Origin: Patescibacteria group bacterium
Lineage (GTDB): Bacteria > Patescibacteriota > Patescibacteriia > Patescibacteriales > UBA12465
DNA length: 64,000 bases
Assembly (NCBI GenBank): GCA_050949505.1
Contig: JBMNFV010000001.1
Location: 509,644 to 573,643, forward strand
Direction: 5' to 3'
Position numbers and translations under genes: made by a program. How positions within the stretch are numbered: the first letter of the stretch is position 1; every line of letters begins with the position of its first letter. A model generated the notes under the pieces. The model saw nothing but the letters and a program-made list of their open reading frames with translations. It searched no databases and was not told the origin of the DNA. Positions 8,607-17,503 of this stretch are shown piece after piece.

Positions 8607-9869
8607 ATGAGGATTTTACAAGTTAATAAATTCTATTACCCTCAAGGGGGAGCGGATAAATATTTTCTAGACCTTAGTCAGGCCCTAGTAGAGGCTGGTC
8701 ATGAAGTTGCCACCTTTGCGATGGCTGGCCCTAAAAACTTAGCCTCCCCCTTTTCTCCTTATTTCGTCTCTCACTTAGATTTTCATCACTTATCTTTTTG
8801 GGACTATTTCAAAATTCCGGGAAGAATTATTTACAGCCTAGAGGCCAAACGAAAATTTACCGCTCTCTTAAAAGCTTGGCGCCCTGACATCATTCACTTG
8901 CACAATATTTATCATCAAATTTCTCCCTCTATTTTAACGGTCGCAAAGAAATTTAAAATTCCCGTAGTGATGCATGTTCATGATTACAAACTAATTAGCC
9001 CTAACTACCAACTCTTCACTCGGGGAAAAATTGACGAAAGCAGCAAGCCTAATAAGTATTATCGCTGTCTGTTTAACCGTTGTTTTGAAAACTCTTTCTT
9101 AAAAAGCTTGCTGGTCACGTTGGAAATGTATCTTCATCATGAAGTTTTAGATATTTATCGCCAAAACATCAACTACTTCATCACCCCTAGTCAGTTTATG
9201 AAGGATAAGTTAATTGAGTATAATTGGCCTCCTGAGAAAATAAAGGTAATTATCAATCCCTATCCTGCTAATCTAGCCCAGGAGCCTCCAGCTATTTTAG
9301 ATCCAAATCCTGAAACTACTTATCTACTAGCCTTTGGGCGTTTGTCAATAGAGAAGGGAATGGCTACCGCTATTTCAGCTGCCTATCAAGCCCAACAAGT
9401 TCTTAAAATAGCGGGTCGGGGCCCTGAGGAAGAGTCACTTAAGAAGTTAAATGCTAAGTTAAGCCAAGCGCATGGCCGTAATTTAGTAGAATTTTTAGGC
9501 TATCAGGAGCCCCGTGCCTTAACTGAATTAATTAAATCAGCTCAAGCTATACTGCTCCCCTCTATTTCCTATGACAACATGCCCTTAAGCCTCTTAGAGT
9601 CCCTGCGCTTAGGGAAGGTGGTGATTGGAGCAAAGACTGGAGGTATTCCTGAATTAATTGATCCCGGTAAAACTGGCTTCCTTTTTCCAGTTGGTGATGA
9701 CCAAGCGCTAGCTCAAGCGATAAACAATTTAGCTAACTATGACTTAAAAGCAATCGGCCTAGCCGCTTATGAGCGAGTTAAGGACTATAGTCAGGTTAAT
9801 AACTGTCAGGCGGTCCTTGATCTTTATGAAGCTACCTTAGCTAAACTTAAACACCCAACTGCCAGCTAA
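8607..9869 (+). CDS. glycosyltransferase family 4 (GT-B)
   Basis: MRILQVNKFYYPQGGADKY..., with C-terminal PSISYDNMPLSLLESLRLGKVVIGAKTGGIPE. Confidence 0.85.
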   Translation: MRILQVNKFYYPQGGADKYFLDLSQALVEAGHEVATFAMAGPKNLASPFSPYFVSHLDFHHLSFWDYFKIPGRIIYSLEAKRKFTALLKAWRPDIIHLHNIYHQISPSILTVAKKFKIPVVMHVHDYKLISPNYQLFTRGKIDESSKPNKYYRCLFNRCFENSFLKSLLVTLEMYLHHEVLDIYRQNINYFITPSQFMKDKLIEYNWPPEKIKVIINPYPANLAQEPPAILDPNPETTYLLAFGRLSIEKGMATAISAAYQAQQVLKIAGRGPEEESLKKLNAKLSQAHGRNLVEFLGYQEPRALTELIKSAQAILLPSISYDNMPLSLLESLRLGKVVIGAKTGGIPELIDPGKTGFLFPVGDDQALAQAINNLANYDLKAIGLAAYERVKDYSQVNNCQAVLDLYEATLAKLKHPTAS

Positions 9870-9914
9870 CTGAAATAAAGAAGAGTAGTTACAAAAATAT
9901 TAGCCTACAAAACA

Positions 9915-9940
9915 AAAGACTCGCTAATTAGCGAGTCTTT
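9915..9940. terminator. hairpin between convergent genes (probable bidirectional terminator)
   Basis: aaagactcgc(9915-9924) / gcgagtcttt(9931-9940), loop taatta. The T-tract is short. Confidence 0.55.
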
Positions 9941-9979
9941 CTTAATTAATTGTTTACCGTCATTAGAATCTAGTCATCA

Positions 9980-11263
9980 TTACTTAATTGTTAGTGAGGA
10001 GCTATAATGAGCGCCGGTGTCAGCACTAACGGCCTTAAGGTCTGAAACTCCACTAACTCCAGTTGGAATATTTAGCTTTACAGTAAATCGTCCTCGGTGG
10101 TCAGTCTGGGCAGACTCCTTAAGGAGTTCATTATCTAAGTATAGATTGATTGTTTGATTGCTCAAGAAACCGCCACCTGACACCGTGACCTGACTTCCGG
10201 CCAGAACTTGATACTTATCTAAATTCAAAAACAAATTCTCACTAGGCCATTCCTGAGCTTCTTTGGTCATCCGGGCGGTAGCGATTGGCTTTAACTCTTG
10301 GTCTAAGATAGTGATATTAGTATTATTAAAAACCACTAATTGATCGCCATTATTTTGCACCAACTTTATTCCCATTGACCAACTACCTTGACCACCAAAA
10401 TTAGTCGCCCAGGCATAGTCAAGTAGCTTTAATTGGCTATCTAACTTAACCACTCCCACGCCGTTTGAGAAATAAACTTGCCCTGAATTAGGGCTAACTA
10501 AAACATCAAAGCCTTGCTGGTCTAGGTGACGGAAACTAGCTAGCAGTTGACCAGTAGTGCTAAACTTCTTGGTATAAAGGTCATCAGTTACATAAATATG
10601 ACCATTAATATCTTGAGTAGCCCGACGATTACCCTGCGAATAGCGAAAATCTAAGGGAATATTTTTAACTATTTGTCCCTTGCTCTTATCAAAGACCTCT
10701 AAGACACTGCTAGCCTCATTAACATTTAACAAGAAGTTAGCCTGCTCACCGCTCAAATTATAGGGAGCAGCTAAATTGCTAAATTGATAAGTTTTAACAA
10801 ACTCTAGGTCATTGTTTAAAACTCTCACTCCCTTAGCACTAATTAAAATTAATTCATCGGCAAACTTATCCACTCGGTTATACCATTCCCAAAAAGTATT
10901 TTTAAGCTCTTTAACTAAGACCAAACGATTATTAACTAACTCAAATTTAAATACTGTATAGTGGCTAACCGCATAAACATAAAGATGACCTGACTCTTCT
11001 GATAACTTAACATCAAAGAAGTCATCATAGGTATTGTACATTGGCTTAAGAACTTTCTCATCAACTATCAATTCTAAGCGGTCATTATTTAATTGATAAA
11101 TTTCTAGACTGCCGGTATTAGTTGAGGCCACATAAGTCTTGCCCTGATAACTAATAGCGTCTCCAGAATAGTAGCTGGCTAAATAGCTTTTAGCCGGGCG
11201 GCTAAAAAACATTAGAGGTACTACTAAGACTGTAGCGAGAACTATTAATAATACTTTTTTCAT
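9980..11263 (-). CDS. secreted/anchored beta-rich hypothetical protein with C-terminal Ig-like domain
   Basis: N-terminal MKKVLLIVLATVLVVPLMFF signal or anchor. Repetitive beta-strand-like sequence, possibly a propeller. C-terminal VTVSGGGF...GRFTVKLNIP looks Ig-like. Confidence 0.75.
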   Translation of the reverse strand: MKKVLLIVLATVLVVPLMFFSRPAKSYLASYYSGDAISYQGKTYVASTNTGSLEIYQLNNDRLELIVDEKVLKPMYNTYDDFFDVKLSEESGHLYVYAVSHYTVFKFELVNNRLVLVKELKNTFWEWYNRVDKFADELILISAKGVRVLNNDLEFVKTYQFSNLAAPYNLSGEQANFLLNVNEASSVLEVFDKSKGQIVKNIPLDFRYSQGNRRATQDINGHIYVTDDLYTKKFSTTGQLLASFRHLDQQGFDVLVSPNSGQVYFSNGVGVVKLDSQLKLLDYAWATNFGGQGSWSMGIKLVQNNGDQLVVFNNTNITILDQELKPIATARMTKEAQEWPSENLFLNLDKYQVLAGSQVTVSGGGFLSNQTINLYLDNELLKESAQTDHRGRFTVKLNIPTGVSGVSDLKAVSADTGAHYSSSLTIK

Positions 11264-11318
11264 ATCATCTTTATTTTATTTACTAAAAAATGAATTAAGG
11301 AATAAATTCATCCCTATC

Positions 11319-11347
11319 AACATACACTATAATCATTAAATTGTCAA
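11319..11347 (-). promoter_or_regulatory. sigma70-type promoter for 9980-11263
   Basis: Minus-strand TTGACA (11347-11342), 17-nt spacer, TATGTT (11324-11319). Confidence 0.5.
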
Positions 11348-11366
11348 GGACAAATTAATTCTACCC

Positions 11367-11395
11367 TTGACAAATAAAATTAAATGTAGTATAGT
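11367..11395 (+). promoter_or_regulatory. sigma70-type promoter for the Wzz-like gene
   Basis: TTGACA 11367-11372, 17-nt spacer, TATAGT 11390-11395. Confidence 0.6.
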
Positions 11396-11424
11396 GATGG
11401 GGTTATTATTAAACTATTAAACTT

Positions 11425-12201
11425 ATGGAGTTCACTGATTTTTTTGGATTATTAAAGAAAAAAAGACAAACTATTTTTACCATTGTCTTATTAGCGGTAA
11501 TTTTTACCCTATTGGCATCACTAACCCAAACTATGAAATATACAGTTAAGTCTCGCTTGCTGGTAGTACAAAATGCCGCTAGTAGTGATGCCTATGCCTT
11601 ATCTCGTTCTAACGAGTATTTAGGATCCCTGTTTGCAGAAATTGTCTATTCTGGCTCTTTTTATGACCAGGTCATTGCCTCTGACTTTAATGTTAACCAA
11701 GCCTATTTCTCTGGCACCTATAGTCAGCAGGTCAAGCGCTGGCAAAATACCGTTAAGACTAAAACTCATGGCAATACGGGAATAGTCGAAATTCTAGTTT
11801 TTCATCCTCAAGCTAGTGAAGCTAAAAAGATTGCTTTAAGCATTAATGATATTTTGATTAATAAGAATGAAGCTTACCAAGGCGGGAAGGGAGTGAGAAT
11901 TAATATTATTGATCAACCGATTGCTTCTTCCTATCCCAATAAGCCTAATATTTTAAATAATGTTATTATCGCCCTATTTGCTTCATTGTTGTTTTCACTA
12001 TTTTACATCTACATCTTTCCGGAAAGAAAGTATGACCTAAAATTGTTCCGCTCTAGACAACGACCTTATCAAACCGAAACTCTGCTAAGTTACGCTCAGG
12101 CTGAACCCAGTGTCAAAGAAAGTGAAGTCGCTCCTCAAGAGAAAGCTATTCCTGATAATACCGAACAGGAACTACGGGGAGATATTAGTAATTTGCTGTA
12201 A
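11425..12201 (+). CDS. Wzz-like polysaccharide chain-length determinant protein
   Basis: Wzz-type N-terminus (LLKKKRQTIFTIVLLAVIFTLLASL), a second TM near the C-terminus (VIIALFASLLFSLFYIYIF), and no kinase domain. Confidence 0.7.
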   Translation: MEFTDFFGLLKKKRQTIFTIVLLAVIFTLLASLTQTMKYTVKSRLLVVQNAASSDAYALSRSNEYLGSLFAEIVYSGSFYDQVIASDFNVNQAYFSGTYSQQVKRWQNTVKTKTHGNTGIVEILVFHPQASEAKKIALSINDILINKNEAYQGGKGVRINIIDQPIASSYPNKPNILNNVIIALFASLLFSLFYIYIFPERKYDLKLFRSRQRPYQTETLLSYAQAEPSVKESEVAPQEKAIPDNTEQELRGDISNLL

Positions 12202-12289
12202 TAATAATTCTGGACTTGATATAAATTAAGAAATGTGCAATAATGCATTGTTGATAAATTTAACATCAATAGGCGCTCTTTAACAAATA

Positions 12290-12365
12290 ATATTTTTAGT
12301 TAATTATTAAACTCAGTTGCTTGCAACACAGTGAGCAAGTGGTCTTAATAATTGACTAAAGATAT
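12290..12365 (+). repeat. 76-nt imperfect inverted repeat / long hairpin upstream of ORF 12387
   Basis: 12290-12310 (atatttttagttaattattaa) pairs with 12345-12365 (ttaataattgactaaagatat): 19 Watson-Crick plus 2 G-U over 21 positions. An inner stem 12314-12322 / 12333-12341 has one mismatch. Confidence 0.6.
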
Positions 12366-12386
12366 TAACAAAAAAAACGAAAGATA

Positions 12387-13262
12387 ATGAAGAAGCTAAC
12401 ACTGATACTGGTGATGATGCCAGCTTTGGCATTTGGACAATTCAAGAACCCCCTAAGCTTAACGCTTTATGGAGGAACTAGTGTTGCCCAACAAAATGCC
12501 AACAATCAGGGTTATTGGTACGGGCTTTACGCCGACCAAGCCTTGATAGCAGGTAATGGCTGGGCCTTCGGCCTGGCAGTGACTGCTAGTCAAAGCCACT
12601 ATCGTGGTAATGACCTAAGCAGTAAGTATGAAGGAATAAACTCCAATTTAGGAGGCGGTCTCTTTTTAGGAAAATATATTAATTATTTTTTCCCAAAAAC
12701 TGACTCCTACCTAGGAATTAACTCCTTGATACGGCGAGACTTAGAGCGAGGGGAGGGTATTAGTCCCGGCGGGACCTATACCATGAGCCAAGAAGATCTT
12801 CTTTGGACTGGTGAAGTAAATTTTAATTTACTCAATCGTCCAAAAAATATTGGCGACGAGTCGGGCTACAACCCCAACTTATTTCCCAGATTCCAGCTAC
12901 GGGTAGCTGGACAAACCCCTTTAAGATCAGCTAAGACTGACTATTGGAACAATGTTCCTATAACTGAGTCTCTAGTTTGGTCTAAGGCCGCTCTCGTTAT
13001 TGAGGCCAAGCAAAGTCTTTACCAATTCGGTAAAAAGACTTTGTGGGAACCAAAACTTATTGGAGGTTACCATTATTATAATGGTGACCGAAGCAATTGG
13101 ACTCTTTACGGTCTAGAGTTAGGCCTAAAAAGTCCTGGAAAAGATAACTGGCTAGCTATTAACTTTATGGTTAAACAGCAAGTCGGAGTATATCTGGAGA
13201 ATTTAAACAGTCGTCAATTCGTAATTGGACTGGTATTTTCTCCAAGCAATATTGCAAAATAA
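12387..13262 (+). CDS. secreted hypothetical protein, beta-barrel-like pattern
   Basis: Signal peptide MKKLTLILVMMPALAFGQ. Alternating hydrophobic/polar strands (WAFGLAVTASQSHY, LGGGLFLGKYINYF, WTLYGLELGLKS, WLAINFMVKQQVG, QFVIGLVFSP). Rich in G/Y/W/N. Confidence 0.75.
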   Translation: MKKLTLILVMMPALAFGQFKNPLSLTLYGGTSVAQQNANNQGYWYGLYADQALIAGNGWAFGLAVTASQSHYRGNDLSSKYEGINSNLGGGLFLGKYINYFFPKTDSYLGINSLIRRDLERGEGISPGGTYTMSQEDLLWTGEVNFNLLNRPKNIGDESGYNPNLFPRFQLRVAGQTPLRSAKTDYWNNVPITESLVWSKAALVIEAKQSLYQFGKKTLWEPKLIGGYHYYNGDRSNWTLYGLELGLKSPGKDNWLAINFMVKQQVGVYLENLNSRQFVIGLVFSPSNIAK

Positions 13263-13315
13263 AATAAAAAAATACAAACAATTAGAACTCGTGTCCCGTA
13301 GGTTAACGGGGCTAA

Positions 13316-14152
13316 ATGATCATGAAAAAAATGAAAGAACTGGTAAACTTCATCCAACTTAAGGATGTGATAACAGCTATACTGGCCATATTATTGGCCA
13401 TAGCTATTTGGTTTTTGGTAAAAGGCTACTCAAGGCCTTGCCCACCTTACCCAAAAACTTGGGAGGAGGAATACCAAGCAGTCTCTGCTGAGCTGAAAAA
13501 TGCTCAAAAAGAGATTAGTAATTTAAGAGTGGAAGTAGAGATAGTGAGTGGTGAGCTGAAGTGTGCTCAAAGCAAATTATTAGCAGCTGGTCTGCCGATA
13601 AAATGCTTGGAAGCCCCTAAAAAGGCTCCAGAGGCAAAAAAGCCAGCCACTCCAAAACCGCCAGTAAAGAAGGCGCTAGGTAACCCTGCTCCTACTCCTA
13701 CGCCAAAGCAGATAGTTGAACAACCGGTTTCAACTCCTTCACCAAGAATTATTGATGAACCGGCTAATATTAGCCGCGTAGCCGCACCTGCGCCTGTGGA
13801 GGTATCCACCTTTGACGCTCTTAAAGAGGGCGATGGAGGCTTCCGGTTTTGCGTCCGTGTAAACGGTCGAGAGGACCAATATTTCCCTGACTATGCAGTC
13901 AGAAAAGGGAAGTCTGTGATGGGCGCCGAAGATAATGGCCGCCAAGGTCATAATCTTCTCGTCGTAGAACCTACAATAGGTTACGATGACCCTCAGGGTG
14001 GAATTACCGAAAGTGGAGTAATTTATTACCCAGTTTCAGTTGTTGAAAGCTATCTAAAACCGCAATATGTAGACGTGCTCTACAGCAAGCGGTGGGAAGC
14101 ATTACGTATGAAAAAGGAGGGAAATTGGTACGTGTATGACACGAACCAATAG
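13316..14152 (+). CDS. membrane-anchored protein with coiled coil, Pro/Lys-rich spacer and unknown C-terminal domain
   Basis: TM segment VITAILAILLAIAIWFLV, a short coiled coil, the spacer KKAPEAKKPATPKPPVKK...PAPTPTPK, and a C-terminal globular region. Alternative start at 13322. Confidence 0.75.
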   Translation: MIMKKMKELVNFIQLKDVITAILAILLAIAIWFLVKGYSRPCPPYPKTWEEEYQAVSAELKNAQKEISNLRVEVEIVSGELKCAQSKLLAAGLPIKCLEAPKKAPEAKKPATPKPPVKKALGNPAPTPTPKQIVEQPVSTPSPRIIDEPANISRVAAPAPVEVSTFDALKEGDGGFRFCVRVNGREDQYFPDYAVRKGKSVMGAEDNGRQGHNLLVVEPTIGYDDPQGGITESGVIYYPVSVVESYLKPQYVDVLYSKRWEALRMKKEGNWYVYDTNQ

Positions 14153-14163
14153 CCCTCACATAT

Positions 14164-14191
14164 AACCCGAGAAATAATTCTCGGGTTTTTT
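14164..14191 (+). terminator. intrinsic terminator
   Basis: cccgaga(14166-14172) / tctcggg(14179-14185) followed by T6. Confidence 0.75.
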
Positions 14192-14199
14192 ATTAGGTC

Positions 14200-14228
14200 T
14201 TGACAAATATTTGTAAATAGTGTATAAT
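14200..14228 (+). promoter_or_regulatory. consensus sigma70 promoter
   Basis: TTGACA 14200-14205, 17-nt spacer, TATAAT 14223-14228: a perfect consensus. Confidence 0.7.
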
Positions 14229-14251
14229 AGCCTATTAATCACTTAGATTAA

Positions 14252-15385
14252 ATGTTTATGAAAGTAGCTTTTATTGGACAAAAAGGAATACCGGCTAAAA
14301 GTGGAGGAGTTGATATTCATGTAGAGAATCTCGCTGTCTTTTTAGCTAAGAAGAATCAAGAAGTAATTGTCTATAATCGGTTTGGATATTTAACTGAGAA
14401 GACTAAAGAATGGCAGGGAATTAAGTTAGTTTCTCTACCTTACATCAACCACAAGAACTTAGCCGCTATTACTCATGGCTTTCTAGCCACTATTCACGCG
14501 ATGATAAGTCGGGTAGATGTTATTCATTTTCATGGCATTGGGCCTTCTTTGCTAGCTTGGCTGCCACGTCTATTTACTCCTAGAATAAAAGTAGTCTCTA
14601 CCTTACACAGCTTTGACTATGGTAATGATAAGTGGGGAAGATTTGCTAAGTTTATGCTCCGACTAGGCGAGGGAACTATGTGCCGCTTTGCTCATCAGGT
14701 AATTGTTTTAACTCCCGTCATGCATGACTACCTGCTACAACGCTACGGACGAGAAAGTATTATTATCCCTAATGGCGCTCATATCCCCGAGAATATTGGC
14801 TCTGACCAGCTAGCCGCCTTAGGACTTGAGCCTGGTAAATATATCCTAAGTCTCAGCCGCATTATTCGCCTTAAGGGTATTCAGTATTTAATTGAAGCTG
14901 TTAATAATCTGCCAGACTCTGACCTAAAGCTAGCCATTGTTGGCGACGGAGAATATTTACCCGAACTAAAGAAATTAGCAGCTAATAATCCTCGCATCAT
15001 CTTTACCGGCAATCAAAGTGGCGACACCTTACATCAGCTATACGCTAATGCTAAATTATTTGTTCAGTCTTCAGAAATGGAGGGCCTATCTATCGCCCTG
15101 CTAGAAGCGATGACTCACGGCTTGCCTTGTTTGGCCAGTGATATTATTGCTAATCAAGAAGCCACGGCTGAGACCGCTGTTTATTTCAAGTCAAAGAATG
15201 TCGCTGACCTTCAAGAGAAGCTAGTTGCCTTAATAACTGACTCCGCTAAATTAAAGAGTTTGGGAGCCAGTGCTAAGCGTCGTGCTCAAGAGAACTTTGA
15301 TTGGGGAATTATTAGCGATAAGATCATTGATGTTTATAAAACAAGCCCTGAGCCAGTCTTAGCCGAAGACTCCCTTAGTTATTAA
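14252..15385 (+). CDS. glycosyltransferase family 4 with DUF1972-like N-terminus
   Basis: MKVAFIGQKGIPAKSGGVDIHVENLAVFLAKKNQEVIVYNR, with C-terminal SSEMEGLSIALLEAMTHGLP. Alternative start at 14258. Confidence 0.85.
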   Translation: MFMKVAFIGQKGIPAKSGGVDIHVENLAVFLAKKNQEVIVYNRFGYLTEKTKEWQGIKLVSLPYINHKNLAAITHGFLATIHAMISRVDVIHFHGIGPSLLAWLPRLFTPRIKVVSTLHSFDYGNDKWGRFAKFMLRLGEGTMCRFAHQVIVLTPVMHDYLLQRYGRESIIIPNGAHIPENIGSDQLAALGLEPGKYILSLSRIIRLKGIQYLIEAVNNLPDSDLKLAIVGDGEYLPELKKLAANNPRIIFTGNQSGDTLHQLYANAKLFVQSSEMEGLSIALLEAMTHGLPCLASDIIANQEATAETAVYFKSKNVADLQEKLVALITDSAKLKSLGASAKRRAQENFDWGIISDKIIDVYKTSPEPVLAEDSLSY

Positions 15386-15389
15386 ATTG

Positions 15390-15415
15390 ATTAGTCTAAA
15401 AATACTTAGACTAAT
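15390..15415 (+). terminator. perfect 10-bp AT-rich hairpin after the GT4 gene (weak terminator candidate)
   Basis: attagtctaa(15390-15399) / ttagactaat(15406-15415), loop aaatac. No strong T-tract follows. Confidence 0.35.
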
Positions 15416-15461
15416 TAGATTTGGTAATTAAAGTTCATTAACAATTAAATAAACAATAAAA

Positions 15462-16637
15462 ATGAAGAAGTTACTTTTTCTTTTGGCAATCGCAGCGATA
15501 GCTGTTGGTTGCGAGGTAGTAGACTATCAAGGCCTAGAGCCAGGCTTTGATGAGACAGTTGGTGGCTCACAGTTGATTATGAAGGTATCCTCTGGATACT
15601 CTTCGGATCAAGCTCTAGAAGATGCCCCAATTTACGTCGAGCAAGACGTAATGACGGGGATAAGTATTGCCAGCAAAACTGAAAGCAATCCCTTGCTTTC
15701 GGCTAGCTGGACGATAGAGGGGAAGACTTATGATGGTCTGAGTATAGGCCATAAGTTTAGCTCTCTAGGGAAAATAGCCATCTCTATCTCGGCTCACTTT
15801 GCCGATGATAAGGTGGAAACTCGGGTCTTTACGATTGAAGTCGTTAAAGACTTGAGTCAAGCAGGCCCAATCTTCTTAACGAGCCGAAAAAACGGCTCCT
15901 CCTACGATGTGTTCGTAGGCTGGGAGCGAAGATGGCTCAAGAATTACGCCGGTGATCCTTGGAGCATCATCGGTGACCCTACTAGTTGGCAAAAGGTTTC
16001 TCTTAATCAGCCATATTACAATGTGGGTGATAACTGGAATCCTATTGCTAGTACTGACCCAGCCAGCAAGTATGTTGGTGCTTGGGTCAATATAAGAGAG
16101 ATTGGCAGTCTTAACAAGATTGCCCTAGTTGACTGGAAGGGTAATTGGGTGAATATTGGAGGTAGTCCTTACGCTATGAAGGACGACCCAGGATTGGTGT
16201 ATTTCGTGGTGTTCAAAGATGGAACCATCGGCTCCAGTGGAGACGGTGGAGACGTAATTGAGCCAGAAGAACTACCGGGGAGTAACGGAGATAGCTATTT
16301 CCGTTATGACGAGGTAGCTGATAGAGACGGAAAGGTCTCCATCTATTTTCTCTTAGATAACGATTGGACTAACAAGTCCTTTGTTGTTAGAGAGATAATC
16401 GGTGGAGAGTATGGTGATCCAGTTTTGTTAAGCTCAGTTGCTAATTTTACCAACTGGGGTCAAATTAAGACCACTAAAGCCGGCCTCCTTGAGGTAGTTT
16501 CTGGTTGGAGATACGGAGAAGATGTTAGTAAACCTTCTGAATACTCATTTAATATGAAAAGATCTTCATATTATGATCAGCCTTCAAACAGCCTACGCCT
16601 ACAGCTAGTAGGACTACAGGCTATTAAGAAGAAATAG
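15462..16637 (+). CDS. lipoprotein, hypothetical (possible PKD/Ig-like domain)
   Basis: Lipobox MKKLLFLLAIAAIAVG-C, followed by the acidic EVVDYQGLEPGFDE. SWTIEGKTYDGLSIGHKFSSLGKIAISISAHF resembles a PKD-like segment. Confidence 0.75.
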   Translation: MKKLLFLLAIAAIAVGCEVVDYQGLEPGFDETVGGSQLIMKVSSGYSSDQALEDAPIYVEQDVMTGISIASKTESNPLLSASWTIEGKTYDGLSIGHKFSSLGKIAISISAHFADDKVETRVFTIEVVKDLSQAGPIFLTSRKNGSSYDVFVGWERRWLKNYAGDPWSIIGDPTSWQKVSLNQPYYNVGDNWNPIASTDPASKYVGAWVNIREIGSLNKIALVDWKGNWVNIGGSPYAMKDDPGLVYFVVFKDGTIGSSGDGGDVIEPEELPGSNGDSYFRYDEVADRDGKVSIYFLLDNDWTNKSFVVREIIGGEYGDPVLLSSVANFTNWGQIKTTKAGLLEVVSGWRYGEDVSKPSEYSFNMKRSSYYDQPSNSLRLQLVGLQAIKKK

Positions 16638-16649
16638 GAAGGGAGAAAA

Positions 16650-16680
16650 ATAAGCCGTTTAATAATAAACGGCTTTTTTA
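16650..16680 (+). terminator. intrinsic terminator
   Basis: agccgttt(16653-16660) / aaacggct(16667-16674) followed by T5. Confidence 0.75.
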
Positions 16681-16733
16681 TTTCCTAAATTAAGCTTTAC
16701 TAATGTCGTTTTTTGTAATAAACTAAGGGTATT

Positions 16734-17495
16734 ATGGTTAATATTTTAGGTATTCGCCTAGACAATTTGAAACCCAGTGAAACCTTGTCTCAGTTAAAGG
16801 CTTGGCTTAACGAGACAGAGCAACATTATCTGGTCACTCCTAACCCAGAGATAATCTTAGCAGCTCAGAAAGATCCCGAATTAGTCAAAGTTATCAACCA
16901 AGCCTCCTTGTCACTACCTGACGGGATTGGTTTGATTTTAGTAGCTCGCTTAGCTGGCAAGAAATTAATACGACAAACTGGCTCTGACCTAACTCCTCAA
17001 GTCTTAGCCTTGGCTATGAAGCAGGGAAGTCGGGTGATGATTTTAAATAGGGTTGACGGCCTATCAAGTGCTAGTAGTCTTAAACCAGTAATTCAAGCTC
17101 AGTATCCGGAACTTGATTTTAAAATATTAGATATTGAGCGATCGGCCAAGTTAAGTGAGGAGATAAAGAGAGAAATTAATGACTATGCTCCGGCTATCCT
17201 TTTTAACACCTTAGGCTTTCCTGAACAAGAAAAACTAATCGCTTATAATCTAGAATTCTTACCGACTGTTAAGCTGGCCTTAGCGGTTGGGGGCTCTTTT
17301 GATTATTTAAGTGGACGCATAGACCGTGGCCCCAAGGTCTTTCGCCAACTAGGACTAGAATGGCTTTGGCGCCTGCTTAATGCTCATCGTTTTGAAAATA
17401 GTCGGGCGCGACGACGGCGTATTTATCGGGCGACAATAATTTTCCCCCTAACCGTCTTACGTAATTATTTTTCCCAATTAAGAACTAAACATTAA
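16734..17495 (+). CDS. WecG/TagA/CpsF family glycosyltransferase (GT26)
   Basis: NILGIRLDNL...LVTPNPEIILAAQKD...LPDGIGLILVARL... is the typical TagA/WecG pattern. Confidence 0.8.
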   Translation: MVNILGIRLDNLKPSETLSQLKAWLNETEQHYLVTPNPEIILAAQKDPELVKVINQASLSLPDGIGLILVARLAGKKLIRQTGSDLTPQVLALAMKQGSRVMILNRVDGLSSASSLKPVIQAQYPELDFKILDIERSAKLSEEIKREINDYAPAILFNTLGFPEQEKLIAYNLEFLPTVKLALAVGGSFDYLSGRIDRGPKVFRQLGLEWLWRLLNAHRFENSRARRRRIYRATIIFPLTVLRNYFSQLRTKH

Positions 17496-17503
17496 TTAAT
17501 TCT

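Noticed and set aside
13567-13951. Two minus-strand ORFs (80 and 70 aa) antisense to the 13316-14152 gene
   Set aside because: They lie opposite the GC-richer Pro/Ala-coding spacer, where stop codons are rare on the opposite strand. There are no start context, promoter or recognisable motifs.
13316-14152. TonB call for the TM + Lys/Pro-spacer + C-terminal domain protein next to the barrel-like ORF
   Set aside because: Only the architecture resembles TonB. The C-terminal ~130 aa show none of the TonB C-terminal motifs I can recall, and no ExbB/ExbD genes are present. It is kept as hypothetical.
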